DNA of 32,000 nucleotides from Cereibacter sphaeroides 2.4.1 (GCF_000012905.2 NC_007493.2:900001-932000); one strand, 5' to 3'. Counted from the first letter of the stretch, positions 17,024-30,666 are shown. The notes: generated from the sequence alone by a model not told the origin. Program-made: numbers and translations.

Positions 17024-17189
17024 GATCGGGTGCTCCTGTCCTGCGGGCCGGAGGGGCGGAGGTCCCTCCAACCTTGGCCTCGTAAGATTTAAAGTTCGGT
17101 TTTCTTCGCCGCCCTTCAAGTGTTATTTCGGATAACTTCCGCTTTCCGACAGGCTCCTTGCAAAAAGTGATCGACGGTTCGCGCAGCTA

Positions 17190-17957
17190 TCAGAATTTGT
17201 CCTTCCGCCTTCGGATCTCGGCGAAAACCTCGGCATCCTCTGCATCGACCATGCCAACGGCGGCCTTCAGGCTGGCCTCCCCGGCCCGGAGGAAGGGATT
17301 TGTCGCGATTTCGTCGGAAAGATGTGAAGGGACTGTGGGACGGCCCTCTTTTCGGGCCGCGGCAATGGATCCGACGCGGAAGATAAGCATCGGACTGTCG
17401 GGTTCAAGAGTGGCCGCGAACCGCGCATTCGACGCGGCATATTCGTGGCCCGAACAGATCATCGTCTCGGGCGGCAGCGCGGAAAGTTTGCGCAGGCTCT
17501 GCCACATCGCCTCTGCCGTGCCCTCGAAGAGGCGCCCGCAGCCCATGGCCATCAGGCTGTCGCCGGTGAAGGCCAGGGACGAGTCTGGGAAATGGAAGGC
17601 GATATGACCCACCGTATGCCCCGGCACCTCGATCACCCGGCCCTCGGAGGCGCCCACCCGCACGAGGTCGCCCTCCGCCAGTTCGAGGTCGAGCGGGGGC
17701 AGGCGATGGGCGTCGGCGGCGGCGCCCGCCACGCGTGCCCCGGTGGCCGCCCGCAGCTCCTCCACGCCCGCCACATGATCGGAATGGTGGTGGGTGAGGA
17801 GGATCTGCGAGAGGTGCCAGCCGCGCTCCTCGAGCGCCTTGAGGATCGGCCCTGCCTCGGGCACGTCGACCACCGACGTCTCGCCCGTCCCCGCATCATG
17901 GACGAGGAAGGCGTAATTGTCGCTGAGACAGGGCACCGTGACCAGTTCGAGCGGCAT
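17190..17957 (-). CDS. gloB: Hydroxyacylglutathione hydrolase (glyoxalase II)
   Basis: The ATG at 17957 has an AAGGAAAGGGAGAA RBS. The metallo-beta-lactamase motif is LLTHHHSDHVAG. The sequence is GloB-like throughout, about 255 aa. Confidence 0.92.
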   Translation of the reverse strand: MPLELVTVPCLSDNYAFLVHDAGTGETSVVDVPEAGPILKALEERGWHLSQILLTHHHSDHVAGVEELRAATGARVAGAAADAHRLPPLDLELAEGDLVRVGASEGRVIEVPGHTVGHIAFHFPDSSLAFTGDSLMAMGCGRLFEGTAEAMWQSLRKLSALPPETMICSGHEYAASNARFAATLEPDSPMLIFRVGSIAAARKEGRPTVPSHLSDEIATNPFLRAGEASLKAAVGMVDAEDAEVFAEIRRRKDKF

Positions 17958-18018
17958 GGTTTCTTCTCCCTTTCCTTTGTAGTGTGGCCCGGAACTCTGC
18001 CCGGACAAGGCCAATTCA

Positions 18019-18807
18019 ATGCATCTCGACGTGCTCGACCTGCACAATTTCTATTACAGGACGCCGCTCGGGCGGGTCGCGCAGCGCGCCGTGCGCGATC
18101 AGGTGCAGAAACTCTGGCCCGACGCGCAGGGGCAGACGGTCGCGGGCTTCGGCTTTTCGGTGCCTCTGCTGCGACCCTATCTCGAGCAGGCCCGCCGTCT
18201 GATCGCGCTGATGCCCGGGCCGCAGGGAGTGATGCCCTGGCCCGTCGGCATGGGCAATGTCTCGGTCCTGTGCGAAGAGGGCGCCTGGCCGCTGTCCACC
18301 GGGATGGTCGACAAGCTGGTGATGCTGCACGGTCTGGAAACGTCCGAGCACCCGTCCGAGGTCCTGTCCGAGGCCTGGCGCGTGCTGGGTCCGGGCGGAA
18401 GGGCGCTCTTCATCGTGCCGTCGCGCTCGGGGCTCTGGGCGCGCCGCGACGGCACGCCCTTCGGCTTCGGCCGGCCCTATTCGCTCAACCAGCTCGAGGC
18501 GCAGCTCAAGCGGCATGACTTCACGCCCGAGCGTGCGCTCGCGGCCCTGTTCGCGCCGCCGCTCCACCAGCGGTTCTGGCTCAAGACGGCCGACTTCTGG
18601 GAGACGGGAGGCCGCCGCTTCGCCCCGTGGCTGGTCGGGGGCGTGCTGATCGTCGAGGCCTCGAAACAGGTCTATGCGCCGACCCGCACCGGCCTCAAGG
18701 CGGCGGTGTCGAAGCCGCTCCGCGTGCTCGAGGGCATCCCCCAGCCGCTGCCTGCGCCCGCAGGTCGCACATCGGACGGTTCCTGCGGCTGTCCGGGCGG
18801 ATGTTAG
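18019..18807 (+). CDS. Class I SAM-dependent methyltransferase-like protein, divergent from gloB
   Basis: [11 protein letters not shown]...[17 protein letters not shown] is a Methyltransf_11-like segment. There is no clear SD. The C-terminal ~20 aa (…[11 protein letters not shown]) look non-conserved. Confidence 0.75.
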   Translation: MHLDVLDLHNFYYRTPLGRVAQRAVRDQVQKLWPDAQGQTVAGFGFSVPLLRPYLEQARRLIALMPGPQGVMPWPVGMGNVSVLCEEGAWPLSTGMVDKLVMLHGLETSEHPSEVLSEAWRVLGPGGRALFIVPSRSGLWARRDGTPFGFGRPYSLNQLEAQLKRHDFTPERALAALFAPPLHQRFWLKTADFWETGGRRFAPWLVGGVLIVEASKQVYAPTRTGLKAAVSKPLRVLEGIPQPLPAPAGRTSDGSCGCPGGC

Positions 18808-19109
18808 CGTCACCACGATTCCGATGTTAGCGGCACCATCGCCGGTCATGTCGTCGCATGACACGAAGCGGCCTTGAAAGCCCTTTTCGCAGGCATCCTG
18901 CGAAAGGCTGAGGATGGCGCGGAGGACCAAGGAAACAATGGGTTCGCCCATGCGCCGAAGGCCGTGCTTCATGGTTGCGAGGCTGCAAGTCCTCTGCTAC
19001 ACCCGCCGCGAAACTTGAGACGCGCGGGTAGGTTCCCTCGCGCCATACAATGCCTCTGGCCTGCGGGACCGCCTTCCGCGCCGGAGGCCATGATATCGAA
19101 AGGGTTGAC

Positions 19110-19670
19110 GTGTCCGAACCGGCTTCGATTTCCTCTGGCATTGCCGCGCGCTACGCCGCCGCTGTCTTCGAACTGGCGAAGGACGAAGGTGCCCTTCCCG
19201 CCCTCGAGAAGGACATGGATGCGCTCGGCGCAGCCTGGTCCGAGAGCGCCGATCTGCGCGATCTCGCGACCTCGCCGGTCTATGCGCGCGAGGAGCAGCA
19301 GAAGGCCATCGCCGCGGTCGCCGCGAAGATGGGCCTCTCGACGGTGACCGCGAACACGCTGGCCCTCATGGGCTCGAAGCGCCGTCTCTTCGTGCTGCCG
19401 CAGATGGTGGCCGACGTCCAGAACCGCATCGCGACCGAGAAGGGCGAGATCACCGCCGAGGTGACCGCCGCCGCGCCGCTGAGCCCCGAGCAGGCCGCGC
19501 GGCTCGCCGCCACGCTCAAGGCGCGCGCGGGCAAGGATGTCAAACTGAAAACCACCGTCGATGAAAGCCTCATCGGCGGTCTCGTCGTCAAGCTGGGCTC
19601 CTCCATGATCGACACCTCGGTCAAGGCACGGCTCGCAGCACTCCAGAATGCAATGAAAGAGGTCGGATAA
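19110..19670 (+). CDS. atpH: F1 ATP synthase subunit delta (OSCP)
   Basis: GTG at 19110 ([23 protein letters not shown]...). The OSCP family C-terminus is [22 protein letters not shown]. Its stop abuts the atpA start. Confidence 0.88.
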
Positions 19671-21209
<1,539 letters not shown>

Positions 21210-21231
21210 GGGCGGGGCAGGGAGATAACGG

Positions 21232-23546
<2,315 letters not shown>

Positions 23547-23555
23547 GGGGGAACC

Positions 23556-23954
23556 ATGGCGGGAACGCTGCAATTCGACATCGTGTCGCCCGAACGGAGG
23601 CTCGCCTCCTTCGCCGCGACCGAGGTGCAGGTCCCGGGGACCGACGGCGACATGACGGCGATGGAGGGGCATGCCCCCACCATCACCACCCTGCGCCCCG
23701 GCATCCTGCGGGCCCACGGCCCTTCGGGCGTGCAGGCCTATGCCGTGACCGGCGGCTTTGCCGAGATCAACGCGACCTCGATCTCGGTGCTGGCCGAGAA
23801 GGCCGTCGCGGTCGAGGAGCTGACCGGCACCGTGCTCGACGAGTTCATCGCGGAAGCGCGCGAGCTGGCCTCGGTCGCGCTGCCCGAGGATCGCGACATG
23901 GCCGAGCGCACGCTGAACGACATGCTGGCGCTCAAGGCTTCGTCCGGGCACTGA
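23556..23954 (+). CDS. atpC: F1 ATP synthase subunit epsilon
   Basis: LQFDIVSPERRL...GFAEI... is the epsilon family pattern. AAGGGGGA RBS. Confidence 0.95.
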   Translation: MAGTLQFDIVSPERRLASFAATEVQVPGTDGDMTAMEGHAPTITTLRPGILRAHGPSGVQAYAVTGGFAEINATSISVLAEKAVAVEELTGTVLDEFIAEARELASVALPEDRDMAERTLNDMLALKASSGH

Positions 23955-23975
23955 CCGGCCTCAGGACAAGGAACG

Positions 23976-24007
23976 AAGGGCCCCGGATTTCCGGGGCCCT
24001 TTTGCTT
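23976..24007 (+). terminator. Rho-independent terminator of the atp operon
   Basis: AAGGGCCCCGG (23976-23986), loop ATTT, CCGGGGCCCTT (23991-24001), then TTGCTTT. Confidence 0.8.
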
Positions 24008-24267
24008 TGGAGAGACCCGCCCGTTCTTTCCCGAGTGAGAGCTGCCGGGCGCCCATGGCGCCTCGAAAGCCCGGTGCGGGTGGGCCTGCAGAGAGGAGGC
24101 GCCGTCAGATCTCGGCCCATCACGGGGAAGGGGCAGTCCTGAGCCACGGCGGCAGGTGAGACCTGACCTCGAATGTGTTGCAGAAGCTGGGGGAACAGGG
24201 CGCAGCGACGGCGCAGGCCCGAGGGTGCCCGGGACGCGCGAGCGCTCGGGCCGCGGCGGAAGGCAGA

Positions 24268-24307
24268 CGCGGTGTGGCCGGCCGGGCATTCCGCCGGCCA
24301 CACCGCG
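24268..24307. other. 15-bp perfect hairpin in the atpC/prs convergent spacer
   Basis: CGCGGTGTGGCCGGC (24268-24282), 10-nt loop, GCCGGCCACACCGCG (24293-24307). Confidence 0.6.
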
Positions 24308-24351
24308 GGAGAGTGGCGCCGGGGCGGGGGTGAAGGAGAACAGCAGCAATG

Positions 24352-24371
24352 GGGCGGCCTTTCGGCCGCCC
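24352..24371 (-). terminator. Hairpin immediately after the prs stop (probable prs terminator)
   Basis: GGGCGGCC, loop, GGCCGCCC: an 8-bp stem. On the minus strand it is followed by ATTGCTGCTGTTCTCC, a weak U-tract. Confidence 0.45.
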
Positions 24372-24379
24372 GGGCAGGG

Positions 24380-25399
24380 TCAGCCGCGCTGATACATGCC
24401 CTCGTAGATCGGCACCAAGGTGTCGGTCTCGAACAGCGACGAGACGGAGGTGCCGCTCCAGATGTTGAGGATCGCCTGGGCGAACATCGGTGCGGTGGGC
24501 ACGATGCGGATGTTCGGCGCGCCGCGCACAGCCGCCGAGGGCTCGATCGAGTCGGTGATGACAAGGCTCTTCATGACCGACTTGGTCACGCGCTCCACCG
24601 CCGGACCCGACAGGACGCCGTGGGTGATGTAGGAATGGACCTCGACCGCGCCATTCTCGATCAGTACTTCGGCCGCCTTGCAGAGCGTGCCGGCCGTGTC
24701 GCAGATGTCGTCGACGATGATGCATTTCTTGCCGGCCACGTTGCCGATCACCGTCATCTCGGCGATTTCGCCCGGCTTCTCGCGGCGCTTGTCGACGATG
24801 GCGAGCGGAGCATTGATCCGCTTGGCGATCTCGCGGGCGCGGGCCACGCCGCCCACGTCGGGCGAGACCACCATCAGATCCTGCAACTGGCCCTTGAAAT
24901 GATGCTCGATGTCGAGCGCGAAGACCGGGGCGGAATAGAGGTTGTCCACCGGAATGTCGAAGAAGCCCTGGATCTGGGCCGCGTGCAGATCGAGGGTCAG
25001 CACCCGGTCGATGCCTGCCTCGACGATCAGGTTCGCCACCAGCTTGGCCGAGATCGGCGTGCGGGCCTTGGCGCGGCGGTCCTGACGGGCATAGCCGAAA
25101 TAGGGGATCACGGCCGTGATCCGGTCCGCCGACGACCGGCGCAGCGCATCGGCGATGATGAGCAGCTCCATCAGATTGTCGTTGGCCGGGTTCGAGGTGG
25201 GCTGGATCACATACATGTCCTCGCCGCGGACATTCTCGTAGACCTCGACGAAGATCTCCTGATCGTTGAACCGCTCGACGCGCGCATCCACCAGCGAGAC
25301 CGCCATGCCGCGATGAACCGACATGCGCCGCGCGATGGATTTCGCAAGCGTGAGGTTCGCATTGCCGGAGATCAGCTTCGGCTCGTTCATGGCTGGCAT
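24380..25399 (-). CDS. prs: Ribose-phosphate pyrophosphokinase (PRPP synthetase)
   Basis: ATG at 25399 with GAGGAA 6 nt upstream. [15 protein letters not shown]...[13 protein letters not shown]...[11 protein letters not shown]...[12 protein letters not shown]. Confidence 0.96.
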   Translation of the reverse strand: MPAMNEPKLISGNANLTLAKSIARRMSVHRGMAVSLVDARVERFNDQEIFVEVYENVRGEDMYVIQPTSNPANDNLMELLIIADALRRSSADRITAVIPYFGYARQDRRAKARTPISAKLVANLIVEAGIDRVLTLDLHAAQIQGFFDIPVDNLYSAPVFALDIEHHFKGQLQDLMVVSPDVGGVARAREIAKRINAPLAIVDKRREKPGEIAEMTVIGNVAGKKCIIVDDICDTAGTLCKAAEVLIENGAVEVHSYITHGVLSGPAVERVTKSVMKSLVITDSIEPSAAVRGAPNIRIVPTAPMFAQAILNIWSGTSVSSLFETDTLVPIYEGMYQRG

Positions 25400-25530
25400 C
25401 GGATGTTCCTCGAGGGTCCCGCGGGAGGGGCGGATTCGTGATTGCGCCTTCCCTCTAGCACCGGTCCGCCCCCTTGGAAACCGCACCGAGAGCGCGGCTC
25501 CGCCGTGGCGGGCAGACTTGGCCGCATGCC

Positions 25531-26556
25531 TCAGCCGAAAGTAGCGAGGAATGCGTCGACCTCCGTCTCCGTCGTGCTCCAGGAGGCGACGAGGCGCACC
25601 GTCACCCGGTCGCCGGTGCGGCCCATCTCGTAGAAGACGGCCCCCGCCTCGCGGGCGCGCCGCACGAGCGGCTCGGGCAGCTCGGCAAACAGGAGGTTGG
25701 CCTCGACGGGCCCGAGAAGCCGCGCCTCGGGCAGGGCGGCCACGCCCTCGGCCAGCCGCTTGCCCGCGGCATTGGCCTGCGCCGCGAGCCGCAGCCACAG
25801 CCCGTCCCTCAGGTAGGTCCGCATCTGCAGCGCGAGATAGCGGTGCTTCGACAGAAGATGCCCCGCGCGCTTGCGGCGGATGCGCAGCTCCTCGGCGCGG
25901 GCCGGATCGAAGATGACCACTGCCTCGACGCCCATCAGCCCGTTCTTGGTGCCGCCGAGGGACAGGATGTCGATGCCCGCCTGCCAGCTCATCTCGGCCG
26001 GGGCTGCGCCCGCCGCCGCCAGTGCATTGGCGAAGCGCGCGCCGTCGAGGTGGCAGCCGAGGCCCCGGCCGCGGGCCACCTCCGTCAGCGCCGCGATCTC
26101 GGCCGGCCGGTAGAGGCTCCCCATCTCGGTCAGGTTCGTGAGGCTGAGCGCCGCCGGCCGCGCCATGTGCAGATCGCCCGGCGCATAGCGGGAAAGGGCC
26201 GCAGCCAGCGTCTCGGGGCGGAGCTTGCCGTCGCTGCCCGGAAGCGTCTCGAGCTTGGCCCCGCCCGAGAAGAACTCGGCCGCGTTGCATTCGTCGGCCG
26301 CGACATGGGCCTCCTCGCGGCAGAAGACGACGCCCCAGGGCGGGCAGAGGGTGGAAAGCGCCAGCGCATTGGCCGCCGTGCCGCTGGCCACCAGCACCAC
26401 CTCGGCCTCGGGCGCGTCGAACTCCGTGCGCACGAGGGCCGTCACCTCTTCCGTCGCCTCGTCCGCGCCGTAGGCCCGGGCATAGCCGCGGTCGGCGGCA
26501 AGCGCGGCCATGACCTCGGGCGCCACGCCCGAGCCATTGTCCGAGGCGAAGAACAT
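25531..26556 (-). CDS. ltaE: Low-specificity L-threonine aldolase / beta-eliminating lyase family
   Basis: [15 protein letters not shown]...[11 protein letters not shown]...LSLGGTKNG (PLP lysine context). Confidence 0.85.
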   Translation of the reverse strand: MFFASDNGSGVAPEVMAALAADRGYARAYGADEATEEVTALVRTEFDAPEAEVVLVASGTAANALALSTLCPPWGVVFCREEAHVAADECNAAEFFSGGAKLETLPGSDGKLRPETLAAALSRYAPGDLHMARPAALSLTNLTEMGSLYRPAEIAALTEVARGRGLGCHLDGARFANALAAAGAAPAEMSWQAGIDILSLGGTKNGLMGVEAVVIFDPARAEELRIRRKRAGHLLSKHRYLALQMRTYLRDGLWLRLAAQANAAGKRLAEGVAALPEARLLGPVEANLLFAELPEPLVRRAREAGAVFYEMGRTGDRVTVRLVASWSTTETEVDAFLATFG

Positions 26557-27017
26557 CAGGGAGTTTCCTCGATGATGTGGTCTTCCCAGTCTTCCTCGGC
26601 CACCTCGAACTCGGGCACCGTCCAGCCCTGCACCGAGGCGCCGGCGTCATGCACCGAATTGCGGTCGCCGGTCAGGAGGTAATGCCAGCCGGGCAGGGAC
26701 TTGCCCTCGTGGAGCAGCCGATAGGCGCAGGTGCGCGGCATCCAGTAGACGATCTTCGGCAGTGTCGCGGGCGAGAGCTGCACGCAATCGGGCACGAACT
26801 GGCGGCGGATCTCGTAGTTCGAGCAGCGGCAGCTGTCGCCGTCGAGCAGCCGGCAGGCGATGCGGGTGAAGGCCACCTCGCCCGTATCCTCGAACTCGAT
26901 CTTGTTCAGGCAGCACTTGCCGCAGCCATCGCAGAGCGCCTCCCATTCAGAAGGCGTCATCCGGTCCAGAGGAACGGTCTCCCAGAATCGCGGGCGGAGG
27001 GTGGGGGGCTTGGTCAT
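26556..27017 (-). CDS. ycgN: YcgN/UPF0260 cysteine-cluster protein
   Basis: [15 protein letters not shown]...[14 protein letters not shown]...LPGWHYL. There is a TGATG overlap with the ltaE start. Confidence 0.88.
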   Translation of the reverse strand: MTKPPTLRPRFWETVPLDRMTPSEWEALCDGCGKCCLNKIEFEDTGEVAFTRIACRLLDGDSCRCSNYEIRRQFVPDCVQLSPATLPKIVYWMPRTCAYRLLHEGKSLPGWHYLLTGDRNSVHDAGASVQGWTVPEFEVAEEDWEDHIIEETP

Positions 27018-27056
27018 CGGCGCTAGATGCGCTCTCGTGGTCCGAAAGGGAAGGGG

Positions 27057-27977
27057 TCAGCTGCCGAGGATCTCGCGGGCGCGGGCGCAGTCCCGGTCCA
27101 TCTGGGCGATGAGCGCGGGCAGGCCGTCGAACACCAGCTCGGGGCGCAGATAGTCCACGAAGGCGACGGACAGATGCTGGCCGTAGAGGTCGCCCGAGAA
27201 GTCGAAGAGGAAGCTCTCGAGATTGGGGCGGTTCTCGCCGAACATCGGCCGCACGCCGAGGCTGGCCGCGCCCGAATAGCTGCCCGCGAGCGGCCCGGTC
27301 AGCACGTCGACCTTGACCGCATAGACGCCGAGGCGCGGCAGGTGGAGCCCGCTCACCGACATGTTGGCGGTGGGATAACCCAGATCCCGGCCGCGCTTGT
27401 CGCCGTGCAGCACCTCGCCCTCGATCCGGTGCCAGTGGCCGAGCATGGCCGCCGCATCGCGCGGCCGTCCCTCGGTCAGCGCCGCGCGGATCGCGGTCGA
27501 GGAGATGCCGGTGCCCTCCACCGTCAGGATGTCGGCGACGGTGACCTCGAACCCGTGGGTGCGGCCTAGCCGCGCCAGATCCTCGGCCGTTCCCGCGCGG
27601 CCGCGGCCGAAGCAGAAATCGGTGCCCACGACCACATGCGTGACGCCCAGGCCCTCGGCCAGCACCTCACGGGCAAAGTCCTCGGGGGTGAGGGCCGCGA
27701 GGTCGCGGGTGAAGGGCAGCTCATAGAGGCGCTCGACCCCGAGCTTGGCCAGCCGGTTCCCCCGCGCCTCGGCATTCATCAGCCGGAAGGGCTCGCCGTT
27801 GGGGGCGAAGACCTCGCGCGGATGGGGCTCGAAGGTGACGACGCCCAAGGGGCCGCGCCCGCGGGCCAGATCGATCACATGCTGGTGGCCCAGATGCACG
27901 CCATCGAAATTGCCCATGGCGATCGAGGCGCCACGGTCCGAAGCCTCGAGCCCTTGCCAGTGGTTGTAGATGCGCAT
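27057..27977 (-). CDS. ribF: Bifunctional riboflavin kinase / FMN adenylyltransferase
   Basis: The N-terminal FAD synthetase motif is IAMGNFDGVHLGHQ. The C-terminal riboflavin kinase is GFPTAN-like (LGYPTANM) ...VDYLRPE. Confidence 0.93.
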   Translation of the reverse strand: MRIYNHWQGLEASDRGASIAMGNFDGVHLGHQHVIDLARGRGPLGVVTFEPHPREVFAPNGEPFRLMNAEARGNRLAKLGVERLYELPFTRDLAALTPEDFAREVLAEGLGVTHVVVGTDFCFGRGRAGTAEDLARLGRTHGFEVTVADILTVEGTGISSTAIRAALTEGRPRDAAAMLGHWHRIEGEVLHGDKRGRDLGYPTANMSVSGLHLPRLGVYAVKVDVLTGPLAGSYSGAASLGVRPMFGENRPNLESFLFDFSGDLYGQHLSVAFVDYLRPELVFDGLPALIAQMDRDCARAREILGS

Positions 27978-28004
27978 CGGTCCCCGCGGGCGGGGACCCC
28001 GCCG

Positions 28005-28448
28005 TCAGTCGAATTTCCGGCTCGGCGCCAGCACCAGCGCCTCGCCCTTCAGGACGGTGGTATTGCCCACCAGACAGCGGGTTTCAAGCGTAACCCGGCG
28101 CTTGGCGTGATCGATGGCGGTGACCGTCACCTCGGCCAGCACCGTGTCGCCCGGCCGCACCGGCGCCAGGAACTTCAGCGACTGCCCGAGATAGACGGTG
28201 CCGTGCCCCGGCAGCTGCTCGCCGATCACGGCCGAGATCAGGCCCGCGGTCAGCATCCCGTGGGCGATGCGCCCCTCGAAGATCGTGTCGCGGGCGTAGT
28301 CCTCATCAAGATGCACGGGATTCCGGTCGGTCGAGACTTCGGCGAACAGCTCGATGTCGCGATCCGTCACTTCCTTGCGGAGATGCCGGCTCATGCCGAT
28401 CTCGAGGTCTTCGATGCAGATCGTCCCGCGGGGCATGTTGTCGAGCAT
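28005..28448 (-). CDS. MaoC-family (R)-specific enoyl-CoA hydratase / hot-dog dehydratase
   Basis: FAEVSTDRNPVHLDEDYA...GRIAHGML is the hydratase-2 motif. About 147 aa. Confidence 0.88.
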   Translation of the reverse strand: MLDNMPRGTICIEDLEIGMSRHLRKEVTDRDIELFAEVSTDRNPVHLDEDYARDTIFEGRIAHGMLTAGLISAVIGEQLPGHGTVYLGQSLKFLAPVRPGDTVLAEVTVTAIDHAKRRVTLETRCLVGNTTVLKGEALVLAPSRKFD

Positions 28449-28621
28449 CCGGCGAATCCCTCTTCCTTTGCTGCGAGCCTAAAGCGTGCCGCGATGCAGC
28501 ACAAGACTTCGCGGCAAGATAAGTTCCCAACACCGACTAAAGCCGCAATAAAATTTCCCTGAGGTTAAGGCGGGGCGCGCGATGTCCCATGGCTCGGAGC
28601 GGCGAACCTCTCTGCCATGAG

Positions 28622-28646
28622 AAAACCCGCAGCCAGGGGCTGCGGG
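28622..28646 (-). terminator. Rho-independent terminator of the HAD hydrolase gene
   Basis: On the minus strand: CCCGCAGC, loop, GCTGCGGG, then TTTT. Confidence 0.7.
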
Positions 28647-28673
28647 GCGGGAAAGGACGCGCGAGAGCGGCCG

Positions 28674-29567
28674 TCAGCGCAGGCGCGCGATGGTGAGGGT
28701 GGGCGAAAGCTCTGCCTCGGCCAGCCAGTGCTCGAGACGGTCCTGATCGAGCGACTCGCCATTCTCGCCGAAGACGGATGCGGCGAGGCCGCCGGTGATG
28801 AAGAGCGAGTCGAGCCCCTCGGCCACCGCGCCGCGGATGTCGGTCGCGATCCCGTCGCCCACGCAGAGGATCTCGTCGGCGGGCACGCCCGGCCGCAGCG
28901 CCTCGAGCCTGCGGCGCGCGAGATCGTAGATCGGCGGATGGGGCTTGCCGAAATAGAGGCTCTGGCCGCCCATCGCATCGTAGGCTTCGGCGATGGCTCC
29001 GGCGCAGTAGATGCGCTTGTCGCCGAAATCCACCACGATGTCGGGGTTGGCACAAAGGAGCTTCAGCCCCTGCGTCTTGGCATAGAGCAGCGTCGCGCGG
29101 TAATCCTCAGGCGTCTCGGTGAGATCGTCGAAGAGGCCGGTGCAGACGATGCCTTCGGCTTCTTCCAGCGGCACGCGGACGATGGGCGCCTCGGTCGCGG
29201 CCACCTTCTGCAGGTCGGGCGAGAGTTCGGTGAAGAAGGTCTCGTCTTTCTGCGGCCCGAGATGGTAGACCCGACGGCCCACCGCGCCGGTGACGAGCGC
29301 ATATTGCGCGGCGTCTCCCGAGGAGGTCACTTCGTCATAGCAGTCCGGCGGCACGCCGATGCTTTCCAACTGGCGGACGACCGAGGGCTTCGGCCGCGGC
29401 GCGTTCGTCATGAGCAGCACCGTGCCGCCCCGGGCGCGGAAGGCGCGCAGGGCTTCGACCGCCTCGGCGAAGGGGCGCTTGCCGTCATGCAGGCAGCCCC
29501 AGAGGTCGCAGAAGAGGGCGCTGTAGCCGGCGGAAACCTCCGAGAGCGAGGCGATGATGCGGGTCAT
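28674..29567 (-). CDS. HAD-superfamily class IIA hydrolase (TIGR01459-like)
   Basis: FCDLWGCLHDG (motif I DxWG), LMTNAPR, and the C-terminal VGDGIATDIRGA. Confidence 0.85.
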   Translation of the reverse strand: MTRIIASLSEVSAGYSALFCDLWGCLHDGKRPFAEAVEALRAFRARGGTVLLMTNAPRPKPSVVRQLESIGVPPDCYDEVTSSGDAAQYALVTGAVGRRVYHLGPQKDETFFTELSPDLQKVAATEAPIVRVPLEEAEGIVCTGLFDDLTETPEDYRATLLYAKTQGLKLLCANPDIVVDFGDKRIYCAGAIAEAYDAMGGQSLYFGKPHPPIYDLARRRLEALRPGVPADEILCVGDGIATDIRGAVAEGLDSLFITGGLAASVFGENGESLDQDRLEHWLAEAELSPTLTIARLR

Positions 29568-29639
29568 CCGATGGGCCTTTCCTGGATCGACCCCTCGGGG
29601 CCGGAAGCGGACAGATCCCGCGCCTGGCGCCCGGATCTG

Positions 29640-29669
29640 GAAAAAGGAGAGCCCGCGGTGACGCGGGCT
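29640..29669 (-). terminator. Rho-independent terminator of the pyrophosphatase gene
   Basis: On the minus strand: AGCCCGCG, loop TCAC, CGCGGGCT, then CTCCTTTTT. Confidence 0.7.
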
Positions 29670-29717
29670 GCGGGCGCCGCCCCCCTCCGGCAGGACGGGA
29701 GCGGCGGCCGGTCAGGG

Positions 29718-30635
29718 TCAGAGCTTGAGGACCGGAATGATCTGCTTCTTCCGGCTCATGACGCCCGGCAGCACGACGGTATCGCCGGTGACGGTCGCGC
29801 CGAAGCTCTTTTCCGCCAGCGTCTTCACGAGGTCGTTCGGCACGAGCAGCGTCGCTTCCTCGCGCAGGATGTCGACGATGAAGAGCACCACCTGATCCGC
29901 GCCATCCTCCTGCGCCACGCCGGGCATCGAGGCCATCAGGCTCGCCTTGCGGTCGAGCAGCACCTGCGGCGCGGTGGTCTCGAGCACCGAGATGCGGAAC
30001 TGCTTGCCCTCGATCTCGTATTCCTTCGAATCCATGCGCAGAAGCTCGGCATCGGAGAAGGCGGAGACATCCGACTTCGCGGCGAAAAGCTCGGCCGCAA
30101 AGGCCGGGATGTCGACGCCCAGATCGGCCGCCAGCTTCTCGGCCACTGCCCGGTCATGCGCCGTCGTGGTGGGCGAGCGGAACTCCAGCGTGTCGGAGAG
30201 GATGCAGGAGAGCATGGCGCCCTTGATGCCGCGCGGCGCGCGGGCGAGGTCTTCTCCCATCAGGTCGTGCATGATCGTGGCGGTGCAGGCCAGCGGACGC
30301 ACGGTGATCTCGATGGGGGACTTGGTCTTGATCCCGCCCACGAGCAGGTGGTGGTCGATGATGCCCACCACCTTCGCCTCGTTGATCGAGGGCGGCAGCT
30401 CGGCCGGGTTGTTGGTGTCGACGATCACGCAGCTGTCGTCGGCCGTCACGTCCGAGATGATCTCGGGCTTCTCGAGATCCCAGTGCTTCAGCACGAAGGC
30501 CGCTTCGGTGTTCGGCTCGCCGAGGAGGACCGCCTTGGCGGGGGTGCCCTTCACCTCGGTCAGATACCAGGCCCAGATGATGGGCGAGCCGGTCGAGTCG
30601 GTGTCGGGGGACTTGTGGCCGAATACCTTGATCAT
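29718..30635 (-). CDS. ppaC: Manganese-dependent inorganic pyrophosphatase, family II (DHH/DHHA2)
   Basis: The ATG at 30635 gives MIKVFGHKSPDTDSTGS. The DHH motif is GIIDHHLL. About 305 aa. Confidence 0.9.
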   Translation of the reverse strand: MIKVFGHKSPDTDSTGSPIIWAWYLTEVKGTPAKAVLLGEPNTEAAFVLKHWDLEKPEIISDVTADDSCVIVDTNNPAELPPSINEAKVVGIIDHHLLVGGIKTKSPIEITVRPLACTATIMHDLMGEDLARAPRGIKGAMLSCILSDTLEFRSPTTTAHDRAVAEKLAADLGVDIPAFAAELFAAKSDVSAFSDAELLRMDSKEYEIEGKQFRISVLETTAPQVLLDRKASLMASMPGVAQEDGADQVVLFIVDILREEATLLVPNDLVKTLAEKSFGATVTGDTVVLPGVMSRKKQIIPVLKL

Positions 30636-30666
30636 GATGTTTCCCGATGCGGATGAGTTTGCCCGC

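Noticed and set aside
19015-19051. atp operon promoter from TTGAGA (19015-19020) and TACAAT (19046-19051).
   Set aside because: The spacer is 25 nt, too long for a sigma70 promoter. The TACAAT may still be a -10 element, but I cannot support a full promoter call.
24156-24392. 78-aa ORF in the atpC/prs spacer.
   Set aside because: The product is Gly/Arg/Pro-rich, there is no RBS, and the ORF runs into the prs 3' end antisense. It looks like a chance open frame in GC-rich DNA.
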